DNA of 64,000 nt from Eledone cirrhosa (lineage: Eukaryota), in assembly GCA_964016885.1 (NCBI GenBank), contig OZ024742.1, forward strand, positions 190,898,001 to 190,962,000, written 5' to 3'. Shown here in pieces: positions 46,471-61,251 of this stretch. The notes beneath the pieces were generated by a model that did not search any database, was not told the DNA's origin, and saw only the letters and a list, made by a program, of their open reading frames with translations. The first letter of the stretch is position 1. Each line of letters starts with the position of its first letter. The translations under genes and the position numbers were made by a program.

Positions 46471-46516
46471 CACCACCACCACCACCACCACCACCACCAC
46501 CACCACCACTACTACT
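46250..46516. repeat. (CTA)n/(CCA)n compound microsatellite
   Basis: Direct reading. Confidence 0.95.
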
Positions 46517-46759
46517 CCCATCTGCTAGGCGGTACACATATTTGTCATGTACTATGTTCGGGTTCATATTAAACCATCACGAATGTATTGTTCAAATTGT
46601 GCCTATTTCAAAGCAATTCTGCGAATATCAATTATTATCCTGCATAGTGTAATCACCTGCGTACCTAGATTCACAGATCAAAGCCAACATGTAGAAATTG
46701 ATATCGTAGGAGATGTATAGATTACTATCCGTTTATGTACCTACAAATACAACCACACG

Positions 46760-47961
<1,202 letters not shown>

Positions 47962-48667
47962 GTGTGTGTATTTATGTACGGACGTATATGTACTTTTTTC
48001 AATACACTTGACATAGTAATACATTGTTATTGTGTTTTAAGTCAAAAATAGTGTTACATGCACCTGCCCTCTTAAGCTCTAGAATCTTAATATTTTCTGT
48101 AGCTACGCTTTTTTACATAATACATCTCTTGATAAATTCTGCAATAATGATTTCTGCCACTTGGTTTCAACGCTGAGTGTTCCAACGGTGCAATTGACGG
48201 AAAAACGTGATCGTGAAATCTAAGTATAAATGGCTGAACTTTCCACAGACACGTGTACATTTAAAGTATTTCCAATGTTTCAGTGTGACATGACAGGAGG
48301 TATTGTGTTACAGGTATATCTTATATTTGTTGTACGAATTAGTACATTTGAGCAGAGTGAAACATATTTTCTCCTTCAAGGACACAAAAGGACATTTTCT
48401 CTTTCAAGGACATAAAACTCACAACGTTACATTATGAGCCGAATACCCAAACCATTACTCACACCCACACGCACGCACATATTCACACATGCTCACAGAC
48501 GCACATACACACACACATATGTATATATATCCATAATGTCTGACTGAATCCGCACCTGTGTTTTTCCTTTTATTTCAAGCGTTAATCTAATACATATCTT
48601 CAATATGTACTGCATGTATATATTTGTTTTGCAATGTTTTTTATATGAGATTGTGTGTTGAAACAAA

Positions 48668-48855
48668 TAATTGTTTCTACTTTTGACACAAGGCCAGCAA
48701 ATTACCCAGTGTATTACAGGTACTTTATTTTATCGACCCCGTATGGATGAAAGGCAAAGTTAACCTCGGCGGGATTTGAACTCAGAATGGCAAGGGCCGT
48801 AACTCTATGCGTCAAAGCATGGCGTCCGACCCTCTACCGATACTGCCAATCCACC
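48668..48855 (-). mobile_element. Full-length Deu/Nin SINE with a 12-bp TSD
   Basis: GAAACAAATAAT on both sides. Confidence 0.88.
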
Positions 48856-48874
48856 GAAACAAATAATGTTTATC

Positions 48875-48895
48875 AATGATTGACCAACGGTTAAA

Positions 48896-48962
<67 letters not shown>

Positions 48963-49327
48963 GTCTATCAAAGTTATTTGGTCACACATCTGTGACATCC
49001 ACAGTGGTACTATTATTTTTCCTACCGCTGTATTGTATGGCTACGCCATTTTTATTTTATTTATTTATTCTTGTCTGTGTCTCTGTTTGCGCATGCGTTT
49101 GCGTGTTTGTTTCCTGTTTTGGTGTGTGTAATTTTAACCGTTGGTCAAACAATGATGAATTAATTATGGATATATAAAAGACACAGAAGGGAAAACCAAC
49201 CCAAACCAAACAGTAAATGTGAACGATTATTATTTCTGGCAATATTATAACAATATGACCTTTCCCAAATATAACAATATATATATATATATAAATGAAA
49301 GGTATAGAAAATATTTTGTGCAAAAAG

Positions 49328-49417
<90 letters not shown>

Positions 49418-49500
49418 GTATATATATATGTATATATTGTTATATTTGGGGAAGGTCATATTGTCATAATATTGCCAGAAATAATAATCGAACACATAGG
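48875..49500 (-). mobile_element. Diverged, rearranged family C fragments
   Basis: Similar to 29908-30270; decayed HHR at about 48965-49008. Confidence 0.7.
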
Positions 49501-49556
49501 TCTGTTTAGACCTATTATATTAAATCTTTGTTGGTTTTATTCAATGAACAAATATA

Positions 49557-49690
49557 ATTATTTCTGATAACAGCATATATATGTGTAGGTATGTATATTC
49601 CTTCTGATAGTTTGTAAAAATTTTACATAGATCTATATGATATGCATACCAACACTAACATATATATCCTAGAAACGATCGTAAAATGAT
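49557..49690 (+). ncRNA. Long-stem-II HHR, second copy (core CTGATAA)
   Basis: Homologous to 61971-62109; GAAA-CGATCG-TA|AAATGAT. Confidence 0.65.
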
Positions 49691-51032
49691 GAATTTTTTA
49701 ATATAAGGAACTGTTTCTTTGTTTATTCATTATTTTTATTAATTTATCTTGTCTCTGTTTTCCTGTATTTTTCATCGAAAAAAATTTTTGAATACATCTC
49801 TTTTCATGATATTCGGATTATATTGAGTTCTTCATACGGATTGGACACTACCGTACATTTTGGTAGATTTATCTACATATATATATATATATATATACAT
49901 ATTTATTTATTTATTTATATAGTCTTATAGAATCTTAAAGAATCAGTGTTGCCTCATATATATATATATACAACTGTGTTTGAGTGTGTGAGCTTAAAAA
50001 TATAGAGAGATACAAGAGTCCCTCACTGGAAGAAAATGGCGTCGACATGCGAAGGAAATATTTATCTATTGGAATGTAATGTGATTAGAAAAGTGAATAA
50101 GTGCAACAATGGAATCCAGGTAATATGTCAATACAGGGAATCGAAGAAAATAGGGGAATGAATAAAAACGAAGAGGTATTTTTCATTAAGTTTCAAGCTA
50201 GAAATAATGAGAAAAGAAACCAGAAAAGAATTGAAGGGAAGGAAATAAGTTGAAGGTATTTGTTAGCGGATAATATATATTAGTTTCTGCTGAAACTGTA
50301 TATATGCATGCAATTTTGTATGTAGTGCATATATACGTATGTATGGAGGTATGTATGTATGTTTCTGTTTGTACGTACATATGTCTGTCTGTATGTATGT
50401 ATCTATGTACGTATATACGTATGTACGTATATATATATACACATGTATGCATGCATTCATTTTCATCACATATATAGGAGAAAGAAACACATGCACACAC
50501 CAGAGATAGGAATATATATATAAATAAATAAATAAATATATATATATATATATATAGTGAGAGATGGATACATAGATAAAGAGAGGGAGTGAGAGAGAGA
50601 GAGCAATCTGCTGATATTTTTGTGGGGAAAAAGCCGCATGAAAAAGTCCGTCTATAGCGAATCAAGATTACATTGAAAGCAAAATTGTTTTACTATGAAT
50701 AAAGAAGAATATATGTATGTGGGTACATATATATGCCATACCCCACACACACACGCATGCACAGACACACAGACACACACGCACACACATACATATATAT
50801 ATATACTCATATACATATCAGAACCTTGTAGATATTTTCATGTACGTATGCAGGCATATGTACATGGTGTGTTACATAAATCGTCATGTAACATTCGATA
50901 CAGTCGTATAGAAATAATTGGTTCTTTCGGAATCGACATCACCAAGATTGGAATAACCACATTACAAAGTTATACATACTGTCACACGTAAGCATGTACA
51001 AACCTCACATATACATATATATATATATAAAA

Positions 51033-51211
<179 letters not shown>

Positions 51212-51256
51212 TATACATATATATATACATATATATATATATATACATATATATAC

Positions 51257-51357
<101 letters not shown>

Positions 51358-51362
51358 TATAC

Positions 51363-51418
<56 letters not shown>

Positions 51419-51442
51419 GTATATATATATATATATAAATAA

Positions 51443-51485
<43 letters not shown>

Positions 51486-51494
51486 TATATAAAT

Positions 51495-51766
<272 letters not shown>

Positions 51767-52562
51767 TTCGTGCGTGCGTGCGTGTGTGTGTGTGTGAGTG
51801 TGTCTGTGCCCAGACACACACCTATCCAGTGTGTACACAGTAAAATGTTTAATCCGTTAGCCATAATACTAAATATGCGTTACATCGGCGGTTAGGTCTC
51901 ATTAATGTATGCGTACATATATGTATCATGCAAAAATATGTGTATATATATTGTGTTATATTCAAGATTAATATGTTTTTTAAGGCAAACATTGTGTATG
52001 ACAGGTTCATGCTTCCACAGGAAAAAATCTAAAGTAACTTGACACAAGCTCGGACTTTTATATATATGATTTATTCCTTTGAATTCATCAGGGTCTTGAT
52101 AATGGTTTTCAGTGAATGAAACATTTCTGTTCAAGTAGAAATCATTTCTGCATGAAATAAGTGCGTACCATCGCTACTAATGTATTCAGTACCTAAATAA
52201 GATATGTTTTTTTCTCTCCCGTTGCTATCTGGAAATTCATTCATATATTTATACATACATATATAACCGAATGAAAGAAATATATGTATAGAGAGAAAGA
52301 GTCATGTATCACTCAAGAAATACGGTATATTGTATATATACCAAACACATATTCTACAGAAGAATATGTGTATATGTGGAATCATAAGTGAAACGTTATA
52401 GCGCTATTTCATACCCGGAGTGTGTGGTTAAAAATCAATCATCGAAAAAGATCAATCAATACAATCGATCATCCAATACAAACTATCGATTATGATTAAA
52501 CCACATGAGACTGAATCGGATTAAACCACACGAGACTCATCAGATTTAGAAAGAATGAAGAT

Positions 52563-52676
<114 letters not shown>

Positions 52677-52679
52677 GAA

Positions 52680-52726
<47 letters not shown>

Positions 52727-52739
52727 TAGATAGATAGAT

Positions 52740-52824
<85 letters not shown>

Positions 52825-52904
52825 TGTATAATACATCATGATGTAATAAAGTCCTGATTGTATATTGTATCCCGTTAGTAAAATAAGTTGGATTACTTTC
52901 AATA

Positions 52905-53891
52905 AATAATTGTTTCTACTTTTGGCACAAGGCCACCAGCAATAACCCAGTACATTACTGATACTTTACTTTATCGACCCCATAAGTATGAAAGGCAAAG
53001 TAAACCTTGGCGGGATTTGAACTCAGACCGTAAAAGGACGTAACTGTGCTGCAAAGCATGGCGTCCGACTCTCTACTGATACTGATGAATATTACACAAT
53101 TCATGTACTAAATTTCGTGTAGCTGTTGATAAAAATTAACTATTCTTAGATATAATTGTTTCTACGTTATGCACAAAGCCAGCAATGACCCAGTGTATTA
53201 CTGGTACTTTATTTTATCGACCACGTAAGGATGAAAGGCAAAGTTAACCTCGGCTATTCTTAGATATAATGATTGCTAACTATTCTTAGATATATTGATT
53301 GCTAATGTTAAGATTCACTTCTTTTAAAACTTTCACACGTCAATACTTCCGGTTATGATATAACGAGACTATATCACATGTCTCTTATATAAACGCTCAT
53401 ATATTTGCATCGTATATCATAACATTTATGTTTGTCACTAATTTTCTCCTATTTCGTTTTCATTACATTTCACAGTAATGCAGTATATATATAATATCAT
53501 AGGTATCAAATGTAGCATGGATTACTTTACTGATTACAGAAGACAGTGTAAAATAGTCTCTCTTCAATTTCTGTGCATATTGTCAATTCCGATTTTATTT
53601 GACATATCATATATGCATATATATCTGCGTATAATATCAATATGTACACTACACCTGCTAACAGAAAACCACCCGAAGGGTGGTTTTTCTGCTAGAATAT
53701 ATAATAATTGTTTCTATGTTTGGCACAAGGCCAGCAATTATCCCTGTGCATTAAGGTACTTTATTTTATCGACCCCGTAAGGATGAAAGGCAAGGTTAAC
53801 CTCGGCGGGATTTGAACTCAGATGATAAAGGGGGGTAACTCTATGCTTCAAAGCATGGCGGCCGACCCTCTACCGATACTGCCAATCCACC
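52905..53891 (-). mobile_element. Three minus-strand Deu/Nin SINEs
   Basis: 52905-53085, 53153-53254 (TSD CTATTCTTAGATATAAT) and 53703-53891. Confidence 0.82.
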
Positions 53892-53894
53892 AAT

Positions 53895-54122
53895 AATGAG
53901 TAGGAATGAGATGCCAAAGTATCATCATTAAGTCTATTCAGGTAAGACGCGCGTTTCACAATTGATCAATTCCATAAAAAATATGCACGGGTCTGATGAG
54001 ATATTGACACCAGAGTCGGGCCCGATTGATATGGATCGTACATTGAACTGATTGATCTCGAAACAGGTGCCACACCTGAATATACTTAATAAGGATATTT
54101 TGACATCTTGTTCCTACTCATT
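53895..54122. repeat. Decayed ~230-bp palindrome (MITE-like)
   Basis: 49-bp terminal arms AATGAGTAGGAA.. / ..TTCCTACTCATT with 7 differences; weaker pairing continues inward. Confidence 0.65.
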
Positions 54123-54127
54123 TACGA

Positions 54128-54912
54128 TCTGAGTTCAAATCCCGCCGAGGTTAACTTTGCCTTTCATCCTTACGGGGTCGATAAAATAAAGTACCAGTAA
54201 TGCACTGGTAATTGCTGGCCTTGTGCCAAATGTAGAAACAATTATTATTGGTGTAGAAACGATTATTATTGGTGTAGAAACGATTATTATTGGTGTAGGA
54301 ACAATTATTATTGGTGGATTGAAGGGCGGTGGTTTGGCAGTATGGGTAGAGGGTTGGACGCGATGCTTTGACGCATAGAGTTACGGCCCTTGCCATTCTG
54401 AGTTCAAATCCCGCCGAGGTTAAATTTGCCTTTCATCCTTACGGGGTCGATTAAATAAAGTACCAGTAATGCACTGAGTAATTGCTGGCCTTGTGCCAAA
54501 AGTATAAACAATTATTATTGGTGGATTGGCAGTATCGGTAGAGGGTCGGACGCCATGCTTTGCAGCAAAGAGTTACGGCCCTTTATGGTCTGAGTTCAAA
54601 TTCCGCCGAGGTTAACTTTGCCTTTCATCCTTACGGGATCGATGAAATAAAGTACCAGTAATGCACTGGGATAGTTACTGGCCTTGTGCCAAAAGTAGAA
54701 ATAATTATTATTTACATTCCTGGATTGGCAGTATCGTAGGGGGTCGGACGCCATGCTTTACAGCATAGACTTATGCCCCTTTACGTTCTGATTTCAAATC
54801 CCGCCGAGGTTAGCTTTGCCTTTCATCCTTGCGGGGTCGACAAAATAAAGTACCAGTAATACACTGGAGAAGTTGCTGGCCGTGTGTCAAAAGTAGAAAC
54901 AATTATTATTAT
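54128..54912 (+). mobile_element. Head-to-tail array of four Deu/Nin SINEs
   Basis: ~200-bp units joined at ATTATTATT|GGTGG; a 21-bp tail unit is repeated four times at about 54232-54314. Confidence 0.88.
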
Positions 54913-55460
54913 TAACACCCTACTTATGCATAGAATAACACCATATACTGTACCAAAACGGATCCACCGGCGTATCGAGTGCTCAAGTTGGTGAACCAAC
55001 AGTAACATAAAATTAGAGACAATTAAACTCTCCCCACATCTCTCTCTCTCTCTATATATATATATATAATACACAGACACACACATAAATATACATATAC
55101 ACATTATTATTTCCTCATCCGCGACACTCCTGCATTCATTCCCACTTACATCAACTTATGAAATACTCCCATACTCCATCCCCTTTGCCTTACCGTTGAA
55201 GTGGATCAGTCCAATTTATTTTCGTCTTATCATCTGACAGTGATATATTATTAAACAATTAATATTTATTCAGAGGACTGTTAATATATATTATATGCAC
55301 ATTCTTTTCATTAATGCAGAGTTCTCATCACCTCTATAACGAACAACTATCCCGTCAGCTATGAATTGTGATTAAGAAAATAATAATAAATAGTTGTCTT
55401 CTCTTTCGATACATTTTTTAATTTCACAAATGTAAATATATATATATATATATATATTGT

Positions 55461-56097
55461 CTTCTAGCTCTATTTTTTAATTCATATGTATCACATTCCC
55501 AACAACGCAGCACACCATTTTTCATTCCTATAATTTTTCCCTTCGCTGTGACCTGTTTTTTTCTCTTCCCTTCCTGCTATCCTCTTTCTCTCTCCCCATT
55601 CTCTCTCCGTGTACCTCTTACTTTCATTCACCCCCTCTGCTAGTCACCCTCTCTCGACTAGACTCTTCCTCACACTTGCACTCACTCACTCTCTGCTACT
55701 CACCCTCTCTCCCTTCCCCCCCCCGTCTGACCCGTGTGAAATTCTTTTCTCGCTCACATTTCGCTTGGCTTAGATGTGTCTGTCGTCTTCTCGTCAATGA
55801 TTCGCTAGATCTTATGTTCACATGTATCACTTATTTGTCTTCTCATTTTTTCCACTCTTTATGTTGCTTCACCATTCTTGTTTGTTTACATGTCTCTCTT
55901 TCTCCACACAATTCTTTTTATCCCGATAACTTATTTTAGTTATTATTCGAGCTAGCCTGAGGTATCCGATCTTTAATGCGAAGAAATACCGATGATGGCC
56001 AGAAGATCACTGATGATGGATAGTCCTGGCTTCTAGCTCTATTTTTTTTATTCATATGTATCACATTCGCAACAATGCAGCACGCCATTTTTCATTC
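55461..56097 (+). mobile_element. Family G partial tandem, period 569 bp
   Basis: 55461-55527 is repeated at 56030-56097; CTGATGATGGATAGTCC at 56010. Confidence 0.7.
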
Positions 56098-56313
56098 ATA
56101 TATATATATATATATAATGAATTTCTTGATGAGTTCCTTCGAATGAAAAAGTTCTAGTCCTGAGTATAATTATTAAATATTTATATACTCTGCTACGTAT
56201 TGAGTACCTTACCTACTGTGGGTACCCCCGATTGAACCCAGGATACACACACACACACACACACATACACACACACACACACACACAGACATATATGTGT
56301 ATATATATATATA

Positions 56314-56346
<33 letters not shown>

Positions 56347-56565
56347 TAATAAGAGGAATTCCTCTTATTAATATAATCTTCTATACACAATCATACACAC
56401 CCGTGTATATTTATCTATCATATCTATCTATCTATATATATGTATATATATATATGAAAGTTGTGATGTCATGTGTTTTTAACACTATTATTGCCAAAAT
56501 CGAGCACCAAAGTGTCGTGAATACACGGGATAAAATCTATTGACAGAAATTAGTAATAGAAAAAC

Positions 56566-56604
<39 letters not shown>

Positions 56605-56606
<2 letters not shown>

Positions 56607-59510
56607 CGAAGGAAAAATGGTAAGGAACCAGGTGGACCATAACGCACCAAAGTACTCAATACTTAGGGTAGTAGAGTGGGTAATAGGAACAAGTAAGACC
56701 CCGACGGCTGAACTCAAGCCGTTTCGACGGCTAATTCTGTACTGAATAAACATTTATTCTGGTATTTAAATAGCCGAGCTTATCAAGGGGTAATTCCATA
56801 TATGGTCAAAGAGATAATCACCAGGATTGGACACATCACAAGTTAGTAGTAAATCTGTGAAGGCAAATTGGTGGGGGAAGGGGTAGCTAAACCTGCCGGT
56901 AGGAGAGAAAGGGAGAGGGGGGGGGGGGGTAGACCCATTCATGCGTTGGTAGTGCCAGCTACAGCTGGGCGTGAGGTCAAAGAGGATACTGAGGAGGAGG
57001 AGGGGGAGGAAGTCGAAACGGTAAGTAGAACAATGGCGGGTAAAATTATAAAAGGTACTGAGAGAAAAAAAATAAATAAATAAAATAAAATAAGCAAAGT
57101 CTGGTTACTAAGACTTAAGTCTCTCGCTATTGCTAGGCTAAAGAAATACATAAATAAATAAATAAACTAATAAGTGAATAAAAGAATAGATAAATAAATT
57201 AAAAAAATATATATATATATAATGAAGAATAAAAAAATAAATAATAATAATAAACATAAACTAGGTGGGACGGAAATAAAGGGACCCTTATACGAGGTAT
57301 AAGTGCGTGTATCGTACGGTGACGGGTCAACAAGGGGGGGGGGGCCAAAATACTAAAGAGACTACCACGAAATAATAAAGGTTTCTGCCCCAATCACAGG
57401 GCCAGCAACCACCCAGTGCAAGAAAGTAAACTAGTACGAGAATATAATTCAGGGTCCCACAAAAAAATACTAGTGCTAACTCTAAGGGTACCGCCACGAA
57501 ACAAAAAGTCTTATACAAGCTACATGAAAGATCGTACGAAGTAAAAGTAAAGAACGGAAAATTAATACAGACCCCCCCCCCCCCCAAAAAAAAAAATAAA
57601 GGGAAAAAGAAGAAAGAAATACTGGATAAACGAGAAATTAAAGCAAAGATGCCACTAAGAAATATAGAAGGCACGGCAAAAAGGGACAGCGGTTTGGAGA
57701 AGGGCGCGAGTATCCGAAGTCTAACACCTCTGCTATAAAAAGCGGAGTCAGCCAAATCTATCATAGAATAGGGGAGGGGGGTGGGGGTGCTGAAGCTACA
57801 AGGGACCGAGGGGCTACCTCAAGTGGGCGAGAAAAAAACGACGGCAAAGAAATGGAACTGGGGTAGAAGGACTAGGGAGGGATGGGGGGGAGGAGGAAAT
57901 ATAGAGGAAGCGATAAAAGAATGTAAAAGAAGATCTTACGTCTCCATTGGCAAGCAGGGGTTATCCTTTACAAAATAGGCAAGTGGTGTGTTATAGCCCT
58001 AGTCTACCCCCCCGGGTCATTATGGGGTTGTACGGCGAGGTAAGTCCTACGTAATCGGTGTTTACATGCAGTAACCAGTTCATCTTTCTTGTTTGGGAGT
58101 TGGTCCGTCGAAAACTCCTAAACAAGAAAGATGAACTGGTTACTGCATGTAAACACCGATTTCGTAGGACTTACCTCGCCCTCAAACCCCATAATGACCC
58201 GGGGGGGGGGGGGGGGTAGACTAGGGCTATAACACCCCACTTGCCTATTGTGTAATGTGTAACCCCTGCTTGCCAATGGAGTCGTAAGATCTTCTTTTAC
58301 ATTCTTTTATCGCTTCCTCTATATTTCCTCCTTCCCCCCATCCCACCCTAGTCCTTCTACCCCAGTTCCTTTTCTTTGTCGTCGTTTTTTTCTCGCCCAC
58401 CCGAGGTAGCCCCTCGGTCCCTTGTAGCTTCAGTAACCCCACCCCCTCCCCTATTCTATGATAGATTTGGCTGACTCCGCTTTTTATAGCAGAGGTGTTA
58501 GACTTCGGATACTCGCCCCCTTTTCCGACCGCTGCCCCTTTTTGCCGTGCCTTCTATATTTCTTAGTGGCATCTTTGCTTTAATTTCTCGTTTATCCAGT
58601 ATTTCTTTCTTCTTTTTCCCTTTTTTTTTTGGGGGGGGGGGGTGTTTCTGTATTAATTTTCCGTTCTTTACTTTTACTTCGTACGATCTTTCATGTAGCT
58701 TGTATAAGACTTTTTGTTTCGTGGCGGTACCCTTAGAGTTAGCACTAGCATTTTTTTGCGGGACCCTGAATTATATTCTCGTACTAGTTTACTTTCTTGC
58801 ACTGGGTGGTTGCTGGCCCTGTGATTGGGTAGAAACCTTTGTTATTTCGTGGTAGTCTCTTTAGTATTTTGCCTCCCCCCCTTTGTTGACCCGTCACCGT
58901 ACGATACACGCACTTATACCTCGTATAAGGGTCCCTTGATTTCCGTCCCACCTAGTTTATTTTTATTATTATTATTTATTTTTTTATTCTTCATTATATA
59001 TATATATATTTTTTAATTATTTATCTATTCTTTTATTCACTTATTTGTTTATTTATTTATCTATGTATTTCTTTAGCCGAGCAATAGCGAGAGACTTAAG
59101 TCTTAGTAACCAGACTTTGCTTATTTTATTTTTATTTTTTTTTTTTTTCTCTCGGCACCTTTTACAATTTTACCCTTCATTGTTCTACTTACCGTTTCGA
59201 CTCCCCCCCTCCCCAGTATCCTCTTTGACCTCACGCCCAGCTGTAGCTGGCACTACCAACGCATGAATGGGTCTACCCCCCTCTCCGTTTTTCTCCTACC
59301 GGCAGGTTTAGCTACCCCTTCCCCCACCAACTTGCCTTCACAGATTTACTACTAACTTGTGATGTGACCAATCCTGGTGATTATCTCTTTGACCATATAT
59401 GGAATTACCCCTTGATAAGCTCGGCTATTTAAATACCAGAATAAATTTTTATTCAGTACAGAATTAGCCGTCGAAACGGCTTGAGCTCAGCCGTCGGGGT
59501 CTTACTTGTT

Positions 59511-59514
<4 letters not shown>
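56605..59514 (-). mobile_element. Family A long element: 2.9-kb non-coding hairpin
   Basis: Arms about 56683-58101 and 58113-59514, short spacer, extra tail 56605-56682, (TA)n on both sides; arms differ by scattered substitutions. Confidence 0.9.
59407..59500 (+). ncRNA. Type I HHR with U3-A8 core (mirror copy at 56698-56791, minus)
   Basis: ACCCC-TTGATAA-G-CT-CGGCTA..TAGCCG-T-C-GAAA-CGGCT-TGAGCTC-AGCCG-TC|GGGGT. Confidence 0.85.
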
Positions 59515-59565
<51 letters not shown>

Positions 59566-59654
59566 ATATCAGTAAAACATTGGAGGTGTGAGAATGAGTA
59601 CTCAATAGCGAAGTAGCGCCATATTATATATATATAGACATGTATATATATATA

Positions 59655-59762
59655 AGGTGGAGGCACGTGGTAAGGGTATTCGGTGTTCCAGTATACTCAG
59701 CTGAAAATCAGTACCATCAATTACTGGGTGTTTAACCCTGCAATGGACTGGCGACCTGTCCA
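59655..59762 (+). mobile_element. Internally deleted copy of the second SINE family
   Basis: Matches parts of 63015-63300. Confidence 0.65.
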
Positions 59763-59786
59763 TGTATATATATATATATATATATA

Positions 59787-59902
59787 GCGAGGGAAAAGTG
59801 GTAAGGAACCAGGTGGACCATAACGCACCAAAGTACTCAATACTTAGGGTAGTAGAGTGGGTAATAGGAGTAAGTAAGACCCCGGGGTCTTACTTACTCC
59901 TA
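59787..59902 (-). mobile_element. Shortest family A hairpin copy
   Basis: Tail plus a palindrome centred at ACCCC|GGGGT (59883/59884). Confidence 0.85.
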
Positions 59903-59920
59903 TATATATATATATATATA

Positions 59921-60304
59921 TTACTTCAACATATTAATAAATATAGACATTCATGTGATCAAATATATTTTATTATACATATTTTAGAGGTACTGAGATA
60001 TTTCATCAGTACGTCCTCATCAGATAAAATAAATTGATGTCTGACATACCTCAACTGTGTTGATGTTTCAATTCCAGACTTGGCAGGTATGTCAGACATC
60101 AATTTATTTTATCTGATGAGGACGTACTGATGAAATACCTCTGTACCTATGAAATATATATAATAAAATATATTTGATAACATGAATGTCTATATCTATT
60201 AATATTTTGAAGTAATATTAATAACTCTAGAAAACCAAGGTATTGAGTGCTTCTAATCTATTGTAAAATTTTATTCATTGATTAATCAATGAACCTTGTT
60301 AAAT

Positions 60305-60310
<6 letters not shown>
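59921..60310 (+). mobile_element. Family I hairpin element with HHR at 60105-60170
   Basis: Arms 59921-60051 / 60085-60217 plus tail; TATTTTAT-CTGATGA-GGACGTAC..GTACCTAT-GAAA-TATATA-TA|ATAAAATA. Confidence 0.7.
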
Positions 60311-60378
<68 letters not shown>

Positions 60379-60455
60379 TAGACAGGAATTACGCGAATAT
60401 TTGCTTTACCCACCGCGTTCACGAATGTATCTTCGCGTAAAAAGCAAACACACAG

Positions 60456-60504
<49 letters not shown>

Positions 60505-60506
<2 letters not shown>

Positions 60507-61251
60507 TATCTACAAATTAAAGATAATATACCTAAACAAAGTGTTTACTATCCTAGAGAAAAACTTCCCGCCAAACCATAAATACCATCAAATTTTAAAT
60601 AGATCAACGGTCAAATTCTCCTACTCAACAACCAAAAATATACAACAAAATATAAGTGCCTATAATGCATATAAATGTAAAAAAAACATGAATATACCAC
60701 CAATACATCAAACTAACCATAATACTAAAATAAAACACAGCAAACCACCATCTCATTCACATACAACAAGTCGAGAAAATTCCACACCTAATTTTACTAA
60801 CTCCCCTGATATAACATTCACGAAAGGTTGTAACTGTAGAAACCAAGCAAATTGCACATTAAAAGGAAATTGCCTTATTAATAACATAGTATATAAAAGT
60901 AAAATTAACACTAAGGACTCAACTTATTCATATATAGGAGCTACTTCTAACCAATTTAAAGTAAGATTTAATACCCACAAACACAGTTTTAAAAATACCA
61001 CATTAGCTAATACAACATCCTTAGCTGAAATAATTAATAATTATAGAAAAAAGAATATCGATTATAACTTGACCTGGAGTGTGCTCAAAAGGGCCACCCC
61101 TTATCAAAATAGGTATGAATGTAGATTATGTTCTCATGAACTTTTTGAAATAATGAAATCTAAGGATATCCTATTAAATAAGCGACAAGAATTAATTATA
61201 TCATGTATTCATAGAATTAGAAAAACTTTTAAATATTATAAACCTAATTAA
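60505..61251 (+). pseudogene. 5'-truncated PLE ORF (Naiad-like thumb, Cys linker, GIY-YIG); frame open
   Basis: NFP..HKYHQILNRSTVKFSYS, CNCR...NC.L.GNCL..NIVY, YIGAT..QFKVRF..HKHSF, CRLC..E and LLNKRQEL..SCIH. Confidence 0.88.

Noticed and set aside
46172-46652. Poly-Ser/Gly/Leu/Pro ORFs
   Set aside because: Trinucleotide microsatellite
53660-53695. Strong hairpin AGAAAACCACCC-GAA-GGGTGGTTTTTCT then CTAG, terminator- or Helitron-like
   Set aside because: Intrinsic terminators are not meaningful here; spacing and target base do not fit a Helitron end
57327-58855. ORFs inside the family A arms
   Set aside because: Frames break between the two arms at homopolymer runs; no recognisable domain
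56605-59514. Palindromes as assembly or amplification fold-back artefacts
   Set aside because: Arms differ by substitutions and indels, end at family-specific points, and one hairpin has SINEs in a single arm; the short perfect ones still merit a read check
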